Notes under the pieces: generated by a model
Told to the model about the DNA's origin: nothing
The model's input: only the letters and a program-made list of their open reading frames with translations
Database searches by the model: none
Part shown: positions 9,392 to 19,411 of the stretch, piece after piece
How the letters are laid out: each line of letters opens with the position of its first letter
Position numbering within the stretch: the first letter of the stretch is position 1
Position numbers and translations under genes: made by a program
Source: Polyangiaceae bacterium
Lineage (GTDB): Bacteria > Myxococcota_A > Polyangia > Polyangiales > Polyangiaceae
Direction: 5' to 3'
DNA length: 64,000 bases
NCBI GenBank assembly: GCA_036503835.1
Contig: DASXWF010000331.1
Location: forward strand, 251-64,250

Positions 9392-9847
9392 ATGGGACTC
9401 ACCATGGCGAGCATTGCTCGCGTCAAGCGGGCGCATCGGCACCTCGCGGCCGAGACAGCGCGCGCGGTCGACGATGCCATGGCCTTCGCTGGCCGCTTCG
9501 CCGTTCAGCATGTCCACGACCATCCTGAGTTCAAGCCGCGGACCGGTGCCCTGCAGAGCGCCACCAAGGCGCGCGTGGTGCGCACCAAGGGTGGGAAGCT
9601 GCTCAAGCTGAGCAACCGCAAGCCCTACGCCGCCGCGATTGACCGAGGCGCTCGCCCTCACGTGATCCGAGCCAAGAGCGGCGGCGTCCTGCGCTTCCGC
9701 GGACGAAACGGCTGGGTCTCCAAGCGTGAGGTCCAGCACCCAGGAAACCGCCCGTACAAGTTTCTCTACCGAGCCCATAGCGCCGCCTACCGCGTGCTCG
9801 GGACCAACCTGACCCAGCGACTGACCGCCATCGCGCGTCGGTTCTGA
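9392..9847 (+). CDS. HK97 gp10-like tail completion protein
   Basis: Basic; RTGALQSA, PYAAAIDRGARPHVI, VQHPGNRPYKFL motifs. Confidence 0.7.
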   Translation: MGLTMASIARVKRAHRHLAAETARAVDDAMAFAGRFAVQHVHDHPEFKPRTGALQSATKARVVRTKGGKLLKLSNRKPYAAAIDRGARPHVIRAKSGGVLRFRGRNGWVSKREVQHPGNRPYKFLYRAHSAAYRVLGTNLTQRLTAIARRF

Positions 9848-9864
9848 ACCAATTCCGAGGAAAA

Positions 9865-10221
9865 ATGCAGCTGCGAATTCATCCAAGAGCCGGTCACATG
9901 GTGGCCTGGCCCGGCCAGAACAAGGTCGGCCAGGTGGTTCGCTACATCGGCCGCCGTCACAAGGTCACGCCGGAGTGCATTCTGCATTCGGCCCTCCCGG
10001 ACCCGATCGAGGTCGACTCCGAATCGGCAGCAGGCGCGCTCGTGCGTCGCCTGGTGTTGATCGAGCGGGAGAGCCCGTTCCACCCGGCCGACGAGGCCAC
10101 GGCCAAGGCGCTCGATCTGCCGTTCGTCAGGGTCGCGCTCGTGGACGGCGAGTTCCAGGAGGCGACCGAGGAGAAGGTCGCCAAAACGCCCAAGTCTTCC
10201 ACCAAGGACGGTGACAAGTGA
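9865..10221 (+). CDS. Small pre-sheath protein (Mu gp38-like position)
   Basis: RBS GAGGA; overlaps sheath start. Confidence 0.45.
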   Translation: MQLRIHPRAGHMVAWPGQNKVGQVVRYIGRRHKVTPECILHSALPDPIEVDSESAAGALVRRLVLIERESPFHPADEATAKALDLPFVRVALVDGEFQEATEEKVAKTPKSSTKDGDK

Positions 10222-11750
10222 CCTACGCAGTAACCGGCATTCCCAGCAACTACCGCGCCCCACTGACGGCGTTCCAGCTGATTTTCGGCCTTGGCGCCAG
10301 CAGTGCAGCCGCTGGCCCGCGCTCCGCCTTGTACGTCGGCAAGAAGACCAGCGCAGGTACCGCGACAATCAACACGCGCTACGCGGTGACCAGTGAGGAT
10401 CGGGCCATCGACCTTTTCGGGGCCGGCTCCGATTTGCACATCATCGCGCGCACCCACATCGCCAAGAACCCAACTGGCAAGGTCTACATGGCCTGCCACC
10501 TGGCCAGTTCCGGCGGATCCCCGGTTGCGGCCACGGCCGACATCGTGATCACCGGCACCGCGACCGGCACCGGGTCATTCATCGTCGAGGGGTGCGGAGA
10601 GTCGTTCGAGGTTGGCTACGTGTCCGGGGACACGCCGACTGTCATGGGCGAGACGCTGGAAGGTCTCATCAACGCTCGCACCCACCTGCCGCTGACGTCA
10701 GTCAACACCACCGGCACCAACGCCGTCACGGCCAAGGCCGTGGGCGCCTCCCAGAACGGCGTCTACATGCTGCGCGTGGTCAAGCAGGGCGACTCTGGCA
10801 CAGGAGTCTCTGTCTCTGTCAGTGCCGAATACCTGGCCGGCGGAGTCGATGGGTCGACCACGGAAGCATCGCTCTTCTCGGCTTGCCTGACCGCAGTGGC
10901 CGCGTCGAGCGACTACTACCACGGGATCCCGCAGACGGTCGCCGCGTTCTCCACGGCACTCAAGACCCACATCACCAACCGGTCCCTGCCGCTTGCTGGA
11001 AAGCGGTCGCGCGGCTTCTTCCCGGCGGTCGGAGCACTCGGTGCCACGACCACGATCACTACGGGCCTCAACTACGAGCGCCTCGAGTGCGTGTGGCAGC
11101 GAGGCGCGAGCCAGACGCCGCAACAGTTGGTGGCTTGGTACGTCGCCAGCAAACAGCTCGAAGAGCAGGTCCAAAGCCGGTTCAACTTCGACAACTACTC
11201 GGCCAACGGTTTCATCAAACCGGCGCCGGATGTGTCGGATTGGCCGACCCATGAGAGCGACCTCGGCGACGCGGTCAACGCCGGCATCTCGCCAATCGTC
11301 TCCACGGACACTGGGGCCTACCTGGCGATGGGCGTGACGACGCGCTGCCGCGACGCCACGGGCGCCTTGGAGGACTTCCGCGCCTCGGAGCCTCACCGGG
11401 TTTCGGTGCTGGATGAACTGGCCGCGACGGTGAGCCTGAATCATCAGCTGACCTACGCGAACTTCGCGCAGCAGGACGACCCACGACTGCCCGACGGATC
11501 GGTCGACGTTGCCTCACTGAGCAACATCACTGGCCGCAAGACGACGCCGTTCCTGTTCAAGAGCTGGTTCCTGCAACAGTTGCAGCCGTTCTTCGACGAG
11601 CGCCTTCAGGACCAGGGCGCCTGGGAGGCAGGCACCAACTGCCGCATCGACCCGGAGAACAACGGGCGGATCCAGGTGACCTCCACCGGACGAACCATCG
11701 ACCTCCACCATCAGGCCACGTTCCGCATCAGCGAGACGACCGCGAACTGA
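10218..11750 (+). CDS. Contractile tail sheath protein (Mu gpL-like)
   Basis: GIPSNYRAP, AIDLFGAGSDL, VTAKAVG, AGISPI motifs. Confidence 0.9.
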   Translation: MTYAVTGIPSNYRAPLTAFQLIFGLGASSAAAGPRSALYVGKKTSAGTATINTRYAVTSEDRAIDLFGAGSDLHIIARTHIAKNPTGKVYMACHLASSGGSPVAATADIVITGTATGTGSFIVEGCGESFEVGYVSGDTPTVMGETLEGLINARTHLPLTSVNTTGTNAVTAKAVGASQNGVYMLRVVKQGDSGTGVSVSVSAEYLAGGVDGSTTEASLFSACLTAVAASSDYYHGIPQTVAAFSTALKTHITNRSLPLAGKRSRGFFPAVGALGATTTITTGLNYERLECVWQRGASQTPQQLVAWYVASKQLEEQVQSRFNFDNYSANGFIKPAPDVSDWPTHESDLGDAVNAGISPIVSTDTGAYLAMGVTTRCRDATGALEDFRASEPHRVSVLDELAATVSLNHQLTYANFAQQDDPRLPDGSVDVASLSNITGRKTTPFLFKSWFLQQLQPFFDERLQDQGAWEAGTNCRIDPENNGRIQVTSTGRTIDLHHQATFRISETTAN

Positions 11751-11764
11751 GAAGGAACTGACGC

Positions 11765-12136
11765 ATGGCAACCAAACGCTATTTGCCCACGCTCCCCTGC
11801 CTGATCGACGGGGTCATTCAGGTCGAGCTCCAAGAAGTGAACGTCACGGCCGACCCCAAGAAGCTGCCGGTCTACAACAAGAGCGGCCTGGCTGGATTCA
11901 GTCAGGGCGCCGGAGAGCTGACCATCGAGTTCAAGTACGCCGTTCCGGCGCCCGGCTTCGAGTTCAACATGTTCGACGCCGCGCGCAGCAATCGGCAGTA
12001 CACCATCCAGGTGCCCATCGGCGCCAAGACGGTCGTCAGCGAGGGCGAGTTCACGGGCGCCAACGTCAGCTCGGGCGTCAACACCGCGACCGAGTCGGGT
12101 GGCACGTTCATGGGCACCTACAACGAGATGAAGTAG
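11765..12136 (+). CDS. Tail tube protein
   Basis: 123 aa after sheath, GLAGFSQGAG motif. Confidence 0.8.
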   Translation: MATKRYLPTLPCLIDGVIQVELQEVNVTADPKKLPVYNKSGLAGFSQGAGELTIEFKYAVPAPGFEFNMFDAARSNRQYTIQVPIGAKTVVSEGEFTGANVSSGVNTATESGGTFMGTYNEMK

Positions 12137-12255
12137 GCCTGACCATCGGGCGCGCACCCGCCCTGAGAGACGACCCCTCCCGGCGACTCTCTAAAGCGGT
12201 GCAACTACTCGGCGCCCCATGATGGATGGCGCGCCTAAAAGCACGGGAGAAGCGC

Positions 12256-13014
12256 GTGAGCGAAGTCATTTCAGCAAAGCCGACCACCAAGAGCCTCGTC
12301 CGGAGTCTCATGGATCCGGCCCCCAGTCTGGAGTTCGAGCTCCTGCGCAAAGAAGCCGACGGCAGTGAGACGGTGTACCCGTTTCGCTGCCGTTTATTGC
12401 GTAAAGCGCAAGCAGATCAGGCCCTGGAAGCTGCACAGGCCTACGCGAAGAAGCACGAAAAGGAAGGCTTCACTGACCTCTACAAGGAAGCGCAGGCCGT
12501 CGAGACGCTCCGCCTCGCACTTCTGCATGTCGAGCAGCACGACGCCAGCAATGGGACCAAGCTCGACCTCCCGCTCTTCGTCACCTCCGAGCAACTGCGC
12601 CAGTCCCTCGACACCGAGGAGATGGCCCAGATGCTCAACGCCTACGAGATCACGCGGGCGCACTTCGGCTTTACGGACCTCACCGACGAAGCCGTAGAAA
12701 GGATGGTGGACACGCTCGCAGGGGAGCTGTCCGGCCCTTTTATCTTGTCGCGTGTGGCCTCCGACGAATGGCCGCGCTTGATCTATTCCCTGGCCCGTTT
12801 GGCCCGTTCATGGCGCCCGGAGACGACCCCGACCCCATCCGACTTGGACAGTACCTCGGGATCCGACCCGTCGAGCTCGCCGAGTGGCACTACATCCTCT
12901 TCCGAGCTGCCGGAGTTGCGATCCGCCGAGTATTCGAACGGCAAAGAGCCGAAGCTGCTCAGTCGTGAGGAGGCGCGGGACGTCGTGCGAGCGCAGCAAG
13001 AATCCAAGAAGTGA
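12256..13014 (+). CDS. Tail assembly chaperone (0-frame product)
   Basis: Between tube and tape measure; GTG start after GGGAGA; contains slippery heptamer. Confidence 0.75.
   Translation: MSEVISAKPTTKSLVRSLMDPAPSLEFELLRKEADGSETVYPFRCRLLRKAQADQALEAAQAYAKKHEKEGFTDLYKEAQAVETLRLALLHVEQHDASNGTKLDLPLFVTSEQLRQSLDTEEMAQMLNAYEITRAHFGFTDLTDEAVERMVDTLAGELSGPFILSRVASDEWPRLIYSLARLARSWRPETTPTPSDLDSTSGSDPSSSPSGTTSSSELPELRSAEYSNGKEPKLLSREEARDVVRAQQESKK
12735..12968 (+). other. Programmed -1 frameshift site (C CCT TTT) and -1-frame extension of the tail chaperone
   Basis: In-frame XXXYYYZ heptamer at 12735-12741; -1 frame open to TGA 12968 encoding GQYLGIRPVELAEWHYILF. Confidence 0.75.
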
Positions 13015-13020
13015 GCCACC

Positions 13021-15276
13021 TTGCTCCTCGAGTACCAAATCCAAACGACCGGCCTGGACCGCTTTCTGCGGGACCAGCGCACGATTGAGCAGACGCTCGA
13101 GCGCAATGCTCGCCGTGATACTGCTCGAGAGAGTCGAGTGGGCTCCGAGCGCCTGCGCATTCGCGACTCGGTCTACCGAAGGAGCGACAGCTCGGCCGCC
13201 AAGGCGAATCTTCGCGAAGAGGCCCGGGCCAAAGCGCTTGCCCAGCGCAACGCCAAGTTCCTCCAGACCATTCGCAACCGCCACTACCAGCAGGTCGAAC
13301 GAGACCAGCGGGCGGCAGAAAGTCGGCAGCTTGCTGAGCAGCGCCGGGCAGACGCGAAGAAGCTGCGCGAGACCGAGCGTGCCGAGGCAAGAAACCTCGC
13401 AATCCGGCGCCGCACAGAACTCGCCGAGCGCCGCATCGAGGCCAAGCGCGCACGGGACTCCGAGCGCTCCCTGGCCAAGGACACGGCCATTCGTCGACGC
13501 ACCTTGGAGAGCTACGGCAAAGGCGCAGCCAGGGGCATTGGCGGCGCGGCGCGTTTCGGGCTCGGCGCGGCCCGCATGGGCGCTGGGCTCGCAGCAGTCG
13601 GCGGCACCTTTGCGCTCGGCAATGCCGTGGCGAGCCGCATGGACCTCGATTCGTCTCTGCGCTCTGTGGCCAATGCCGGGTTCACGCCGGGCGGGACCAA
13701 AACTCGGGAAGAGCTGTATACCGAGACCAAGGGCCGAGTGGATGCCATCTCGGCGCGCGGCAGCGACCCGGCCGAGATTGCTGCTTCGATGCAGGCCATC
13801 TTGGCCAAGACGGGTAACTACGAGGTGGCCTCCAAAGGCATCGAAGGCGTCGAGCGCCTGGCCGTAGCCACGGGCACCAATCTCGAGGAAATGGCCTCCA
13901 CGTTTGGGACTGCCATCGAATCGATCATGCGGGCCTCGCCCAATATGTCGACCGATGCGGCGGTGGAGCAGGCCATGGGGCTCGCTCGCACGTTCGCTGG
14001 CCATGGCAAGTTCGGCTCGGTCGAAGTCTCCGACGTCGCCAGCCAGGGCGCCAAGCTCATCGGCTCAGCTTCTCGCTTCTCCGGCGACCGAGCTTCGAAC
14101 ATCGCGGACATGTCGACCTTGGTCCAGCAGGCCATCAAGGGTGGTTCGACCTCGGCCGAGGACGCCGCGACCGCCGTCAAGAATCTGCCGAACGACCTCA
14201 TGAAGGCCCAGAAGCGGGCGGGGCTGAAGGCGAGTGACCTCTACGACAAGAGCGGCCAGTTCAAGCGTATCGAGGACATTCTCCCGGCGATCTTCGAGAA
14301 GACAAAGGGCAAGCAGACCGAGCTTTTCGGCGAAGGCAACATCTTTGGCAACCAGTCGATGGCCGCGGTGCTCCCCTTACTCGAGGAATGGAAGCGCGCC
14401 GGTGGCGGCAGGGCTGGCGCGGCAGCCGTGAAAGGCGTCTTCGCAAACTTCCGCAACCAGACGATGAGTGAGGAAGAAGTCGGCGCGAGCTACGGCTTCG
14501 TCAACGAAGGCGGCGACCGCAAGTTCCGGTCCGCCATGAACGACTTCAACAAGGAACTTGGGGACAAGCTCTTGCCCGAGCTGACCAAGCTGATCCCGAC
14601 CATTGCTCTCCTGACTCCGGAGATCGTCAAGCTGACCGCCGCTGCCATCGATGCTGGAAAGTGGCTGGCGGAAAATCCGTTCCAAGGCATGGCCCTTGTG
14701 GTTGGTGCCTTTATGGTCAAGGAACTGGCGGCAGTGGGCTTTGCTGCCCTATTTCGCGGCGCGATTGGCCAGGTGGCAGCAGGGGCAGCAGCGGCAGGCG
14801 CAGCGCGCACTGCAGCGGCCGCATCGGCTGCTGGCGGAGTGGCCACGTCGGCAGCGGCCGGTGGAGCCGGAGCGGCTGTCACCAAGGCCCCGGTCCTGGC
14901 GCGTCTTGCGGGGGCAGCCACCAACGCGGGTGCCGGCATGAGCGCCGGCATCGCATCTGTGGGCGGCGGCGTCGCCTTGGGGGGCATCGCGCTAGCCGGC
15001 GCTGGCGAATACGCAACGATGCAGCTTGCCAAGGAGCGCGGCGCATACAAGCAAGAGGGTGGCCCCAAGGTGGGCATCGGCGGGGACTTCCAAGGCATCG
15101 CCGCCGGTAGCTCCGGGCCCGGACAGGGCGTCAACATCGTGGCCGCCATCAAAGCGCTCTTTGGTGCCGCCGAGGAGCAGAAGAAGGCCGCCCAAAGCAT
15201 GAGCGAGGCCGCCGGCAAGATCCAAAGCAATGCGACCGGACCGAGCCCTCGCAGTGACCCGATCCAGAAGCGCTAG
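13021..15276 (+). CDS. Tape measure protein
   Basis: 751 aa Ala/Gly-rich helical protein, GKFGSVEVSDVA motif, hydrophobic C-terminal third. Confidence 0.88.
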   Translation: MLLEYQIQTTGLDRFLRDQRTIEQTLERNARRDTARESRVGSERLRIRDSVYRRSDSSAAKANLREEARAKALAQRNAKFLQTIRNRHYQQVERDQRAAESRQLAEQRRADAKKLRETERAEARNLAIRRRTELAERRIEAKRARDSERSLAKDTAIRRRTLESYGKGAARGIGGAARFGLGAARMGAGLAAVGGTFALGNAVASRMDLDSSLRSVANAGFTPGGTKTREELYTETKGRVDAISARGSDPAEIAASMQAILAKTGNYEVASKGIEGVERLAVATGTNLEEMASTFGTAIESIMRASPNMSTDAAVEQAMGLARTFAGHGKFGSVEVSDVASQGAKLIGSASRFSGDRASNIADMSTLVQQAIKGGSTSAEDAATAVKNLPNDLMKAQKRAGLKASDLYDKSGQFKRIEDILPAIFEKTKGKQTELFGEGNIFGNQSMAAVLPLLEEWKRAGGGRAGAAAVKGVFANFRNQTMSEEEVGASYGFVNEGGDRKFRSAMNDFNKELGDKLLPELTKLIPTIALLTPEIVKLTAAAIDAGKWLAENPFQGMALVVGAFMVKELAAVGFAALFRGAIGQVAAGAAAAGAARTAAAASAAGGVATSAAAGGAGAAVTKAPVLARLAGAATNAGAGMSAGIASVGGGVALGGIALAGAGEYATMQLAKERGAYKQEGGPKVGIGGDFQGIAAGSSGPGQGVNIVAAIKALFGAAEEQKKAAQSMSEAAGKIQSNATGPSPRSDPIQKR

Positions 15277-16103
15277 TGGTTTTCCGGCAAGTCAAAGGAG
15301 CCAACCACGAACAGAGCATGGGAAGTGCCACCGGCTGCGTTCGGATAGGTCTGTGTTCCCACGATGATTCCGCACAGGCGACCCGGGGCGCCCTCGGTGA
15401 TCCCGTTCGTCGACTTGACGGCAATGAATCGGACCATGTCGTAGGACTGGGTCATCATGCCGCCCAAGTAGACCGGTGGGTCAACAGAACGGTCGGCGTA
15501 GATCTCGACCACGCTCCCGGTCGTGCAGATGCGAAGCCCACGGTGCGCCGCAGAGTCCTTCATGGCCTCGGCCCTGCTCGAATCGCTCATGCGCTGCAAG
15601 CTTGGCCAGAATCGGCGATGGTTCATCCACATGGCCAACACAGCTGCCGAAGGGTGCGGCGCCTCGCCCATGGCGTCGCCCATGTGCGGTCGCAAAATGT
15701 TGATGGCCTCGCTCAGGCTGGCGGCTCTGCCCATTCTGTCGCCGATGGCGACCTCGGGGGCGGGCGACTCTGCTGCGAGAGAGGAGGCGGAAACTGGTCC
15801 GGTGTCAGCCACCGGATCGAGCGAGCGATCGTCCGGTGGGCCTTCCGTCGCAAAGAACACGATCGCAGCGGTGATCGCGAGCGCCGCAATGATGCCGAGC
15901 ATTGCCCCGCCCATGTGCGATTTAGGCGACTGCGGGCCGAGTGGGCCAGCGAACGGGGATCTTTCAATCGGCACCCATTCAGAGCCGGCATCATCCCGGA
16001 GCATGAAGCCGCGCGTTACCCGGCCCTGATCAATGCCACGCCGAACCTCGGCTGCATCCATAGGACCGGTCACTTCACCATCACGGCTCACGTACCACTG
16101 CAT
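15273..16103 (-). CDS. GYF_2 (DUF4339)-domain single-pass membrane protein, antisense moron
   Basis: WYVSRDGEVTGPM...GSEWVPIE GYF_2 signature, TM helix, C-terminal OB-like extracytoplasmic domain. Confidence 0.75.
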   Translation of the reverse strand: MQWYVSRDGEVTGPMDAAEVRRGIDQGRVTRGFMLRDDAGSEWVPIERSPFAGPLGPQSPKSHMGGAMLGIIAALAITAAIVFFATEGPPDDRSLDPVADTGPVSASSLAAESPAPEVAIGDRMGRAASLSEAINILRPHMGDAMGEAPHPSAAVLAMWMNHRRFWPSLQRMSDSSRAEAMKDSAAHRGLRICTTGSVVEIYADRSVDPPVYLGGMMTQSYDMVRFIAVKSTNGITEGAPGRLCGIIVGTQTYPNAAGGTSHALFVVGSFDLPENH

Positions 16104-16144
16104 CCTTCCGAGGCTCCCGCTGCTGCGGGCCACGAGTCAACCCA

Positions 16145-17077
16145 GTGCCCTCCGCCCCCACAATCCTCCAGCAGCTCACCGATGCCTCCTGGCGCGGCAT
16201 CAAGTTCCCGTTCAGCGAGCGGGAGGTGGGCTTCCTGCAAGAGCAGGCGCAGCACCGGTTCATCTTTCGCGACCAGCAGCTCATCGAGAGCATCGGTCGA
16301 CAGAACCCAACGTTCCGCTTCCGCTGCCCATTCTTCGAGGGTGTTCGCCAGCAAGGGTGGCTGAACCTCTTCACGAGCGTCTACCCAAGCTTCTTCACGG
16401 CATGCCTGGACCGCTCAGCCGGTGAGCTAGTCGACCCGGTCCACGGCACCATTCGGGCGAAGCTGGCGAGTCTCTCTGAGACGCTATCGGGCACTCGGCA
16501 AGACGGCGTCGAAGTCTCGGCAGACTTCATCTTCGCGCCGGAGGACACCGAGGAGACGCTCCCGTCCCAGTTCTACTTGATTGCCGGGTCTCTCCAGGGC
16601 CTTCAGGCATCAGCCGTGGTCTTCGGTGCCGCCGTCAACGATCTCACGGACGAGCAGCGAAAGCAGATCGCAGCCTGGAACCAGGACAGCACACGCGGGG
16701 AACTCAACATCCTGCAAGCCGGCCGAGCCGTTCTCGGCAGCGTGCAGCAGTACAAGGACCGCACCCGCGCGGAGATCGCGAACGCGACCTACCAAATGGA
16801 GCAGGCGCGGGCAGAACTCGAGCAAACAGTCGATCCTGAGTTCGAGCCGCTCCGCCGAGACATCGGGCGCATGGCGCTCGCCGGGAAGAACCTGGTTGCC
16901 GTCGAGTCCGACCGCCCGTTTCGCAAGGTACACGTTTCCAACAACATCGGGCGACTCGCCTTCGCTACGTCCAACCAGGTCCAGATCGAGGTGCTGTTGG
17001 CGATGAATCCCTGGCTGGTTGACCTCGCCACGATCCCGGCCGGCTCAAAGGTCAATCTGCCGAGGAAAGACCTGTGA
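16145..17077 (+). CDS. Mu gpN-like DNA-circulation/baseplate protein with LysM-like C-terminus
   Basis: DASWRGIKF, GELVDPVHG; LLAMNPWL...IPAGSKVNLP. Confidence 0.85.
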   Translation: MPSAPTILQQLTDASWRGIKFPFSEREVGFLQEQAQHRFIFRDQQLIESIGRQNPTFRFRCPFFEGVRQQGWLNLFTSVYPSFFTACLDRSAGELVDPVHGTIRAKLASLSETLSGTRQDGVEVSADFIFAPEDTEETLPSQFYLIAGSLQGLQASAVVFGAAVNDLTDEQRKQIAAWNQDSTRGELNILQAGRAVLGSVQQYKDRTRAEIANATYQMEQARAELEQTVDPEFEPLRRDIGRMALAGKNLVAVESDRPFRKVHVSNNIGRLAFATSNQVQIEVLLAMNPWLVDLATIPAGSKVNLPRKDL

Positions 17078-18348
17078 CCGACAACCGGCTTCGCATCGAG
17101 ATCGAGTCATCGGGCGAAGTTTGGGACAGGGTCACGAGTTACTCCATCAGCGAATCATTCTTCACGCCGGCTGACGGATGGGAGGCGACGGTCTATTCCG
17201 ACGCCGACCCGAAGGCGCTTCGCCGCAAGTTTCAGCCACGCACCAACGTGCGACTCTATCTCGGTGAGCGACTCCAGCTCATTGGGCAGATCGACACCAC
17301 GGAAGGAGCCGGCGGCGGCTCCGCCGCGCTGAAGCTCACGGGCCGCGACTACATGGCCAGGCTCATTGATCCGAACGTCGACAAGGCCGTCAGAATCACG
17401 AACGCGATGAGCCTGGAGACAGCGCTCCTCGAAGGACTGCGTGTATTCGGCGTCACGACCATCGAGGGCGACTTGAACGCGGTACGGGCCGCAAAGATGG
17501 GCACGTCGACCTACACCAGCGAGACCATCCCAACGGCAGGCCGCGAATCCTTTGGGCTCAACCGTCAGGCCAATGCGCTCAGTGCTCCGACCTTCGTGGC
17601 GACCGTCACAGGGCTTGAGCTCGAGATTCGAACGCCGACCACCGAGACGGTTGCCGACGCGAAACCCAACGAAAACGAGGGCGCCTACGAGTGGGCCAAC
17701 CGGCTTTCAGCGCGGTGTGGCTTCACGGTGCAGCCCGGAAGCAAGCGATCCGCCATCGCGGTCGTGGCGCCTGACTACTCGAAGGGTCCGCAGTTCGATC
17801 TGGCGCGCCCGGGCAACATCGAGGACGGAAAGGCGAAGCGCGACTACTCCGGGATCCCGACCCTGGCCACGCTGAGCGCGCGCCAGGTGACCGCAGGGAC
17901 CGAGGCGAAGGGGAAGTTTAAGACGCTCAGCATCGTCGGCGATGACTCAGAACTCGCGCTCTGGCGCGTCCCGGAAGCCCGCCGAATCCTTGAAGCCGCT
18001 CGGGCTATCGGGACCCGCAAGCAGAAGACGGAGACCGGCGATCCGCTCGATTGGTACTGCCCCGTCTACTACAAGGACGATGAATCCAAGACGGAGAAGC
18101 AGCTGAATCGCAGCGCTCGCCGCATGATGGCCGATCGCATCCGCGAGACGCTTACCTACTCAGCCAAGCTGAAGGGGCACCAAGACCCACGAAGCCGCGC
18201 CACATATGCGATCAACGTCCTGGCGAAGGTCAAGGACGACCTCGAGGATGTGGATGAGACGCTCTGGATCTCCGAGCGCACCCTGACTGGCGGCCTCGGG
18301 GAAACTACCGAGCTCCAGTTGATTCGACCCTCCAGCTACGTGCTCTGA
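17074..18348 (+). CDS. Baseplate hub (Mu gp44-like)
   Basis: SYSISESFFTPADGW, LTGRDYMARLID, PNENEGAYEW. Confidence 0.85.
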   Translation: MTDNRLRIEIESSGEVWDRVTSYSISESFFTPADGWEATVYSDADPKALRRKFQPRTNVRLYLGERLQLIGQIDTTEGAGGGSAALKLTGRDYMARLIDPNVDKAVRITNAMSLETALLEGLRVFGVTTIEGDLNAVRAAKMGTSTYTSETIPTAGRESFGLNRQANALSAPTFVATVTGLELEIRTPTTETVADAKPNENEGAYEWANRLSARCGFTVQPGSKRSAIAVVAPDYSKGPQFDLARPGNIEDGKAKRDYSGIPTLATLSARQVTAGTEAKGKFKTLSIVGDDSELALWRVPEARRILEAARAIGTRKQKTETGDPLDWYCPVYYKDDESKTEKQLNRSARRMMADRIRETLTYSAKLKGHQDPRSRATYAINVLAKVKDDLEDVDETLWISERTLTGGLGETTELQLIRPSSYVL

Positions 18349-18350
18349 CC

Positions 18351-19070
18351 ATGGGAGAACTCGTCGACCTCGGGGCCTCGGAGCTGAACTCTTCGTCCGG
18401 CGTCGTCTGGGCGCAGTGCAAAGGCGAACCGCTCGACGATGGCGGAGCATCTCCGGACTGGGGCAAGCCGCCGCTGATGTGCTGCCTGGGCGTCTCCGGG
18501 CGTCCCTACCCAGCCGACGAACGAGGCTCGGCACAGGGTATCATCGAGGAGACCTCCGGCCTCGACGGCGCCATCGTTGCGGCCCACGACCCCAGGGCAG
18601 CCAAGGTCTACGGAGAGATCCAGCCGGGAGAACATGCTCTGCATTCGACCGGCCCCGACTTCGACTCGCGCTTCCTGGCCAAGAACCAGCTGGCCGTCAT
18701 TCTGGTGGGTAGCGACTACGTCGTCACAGTCGACCGGAAAAACAAGAAGGTCGCCATCAGCACGCCGGGTGGCATCATCCAGGTCAGCGAGAAGGACGGC
18801 ATTACGCTCTGCGACGCGTCGGGCAAAGGCAGCCTGCGTCTCGACGGCGGAGTGGCGGCCTTGATGGGTAACGTGATCCTGGGCGGCGGAAACCCAAGCA
18901 GCAACGTTGCAGACGCCGCAAAAGTCGACGCGGAGTTTGCTCGGATCTGGCAGATGTTCTCATCCTGGGTCGTTGTCCCCATGGATGGAGGGGCGGCGCT
19001 CAAGACGCTCGCAGGCGTGTCAGCCGCCATGGTCCAGTCCACCGCATCGCCTGTCGCGCTGGGTTCCTGA
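18351..19070 (+). CDS. Baseplate spike (Mu gp45-like)
   Basis: GVSGRP, IQPGEHALHS, beta-repeat region, PMDGGAALK C-terminus. Confidence 0.75.
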   Translation: MGELVDLGASELNSSSGVVWAQCKGEPLDDGGASPDWGKPPLMCCLGVSGRPYPADERGSAQGIIEETSGLDGAIVAAHDPRAAKVYGEIQPGEHALHSTGPDFDSRFLAKNQLAVILVGSDYVVTVDRKNKKVAISTPGGIIQVSEKDGITLCDASGKGSLRLDGGVAALMGNVILGGGNPSSNVADAAKVDAEFARIWQMFSSWVVVPMDGGAALKTLAGVSAAMVQSTASPVALGS

Positions 19071-19411
19071 TGTGCGAATTCGCGCTTCCGGCCTTCTCTC
19101 CGCCGATCCTCTCACCCTTCGCTCTTCCGACGCTACCAAGCCCGCCGGCCGTCCCTGACCTCACGGTGGCGATTCCGGACATGCCGACCTTCGCACCTCA
19201 GGTGCCGCTGTTCGCGCTGCCCGTCATGGGCCTGCCGCTTCTGCCAAGCCCACCGGCCGTCCCTGATTTTGCCATAGACGTTCCGGGCTTCGCACTCGAT
19301 CTGAAGCTGCCCGCGTTCTCACCGCCTATCCTGCTGGGATTCGCGGGTCTTTCGCTCCCTACGCCGCCGGCCATTCCCGCCTTCACCATCCCCTGCCCGC
19401 TCGATGCCTGA
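19070..19411 (+). CDS. Proline-rich repeat baseplate-associated protein
   Basis: Coupled to both neighbours; LPAFSPPIL x2, LPSPPAVPD x2, Cys near both termini. Confidence 0.65.
   Translation: MCEFALPAFSPPILSPFALPTLPSPPAVPDLTVAIPDMPTFAPQVPLFALPVMGLPLLPSPPAVPDFAIDVPGFALDLKLPAFSPPILLGFAGLSLPTPPAIPAFTIPCPLDA

Noticed and set aside
15276-16364. 362-aa plus-strand ORF after the tape measure gene
   Set aside because: Shadow of the minus-strand GYF_2 gene
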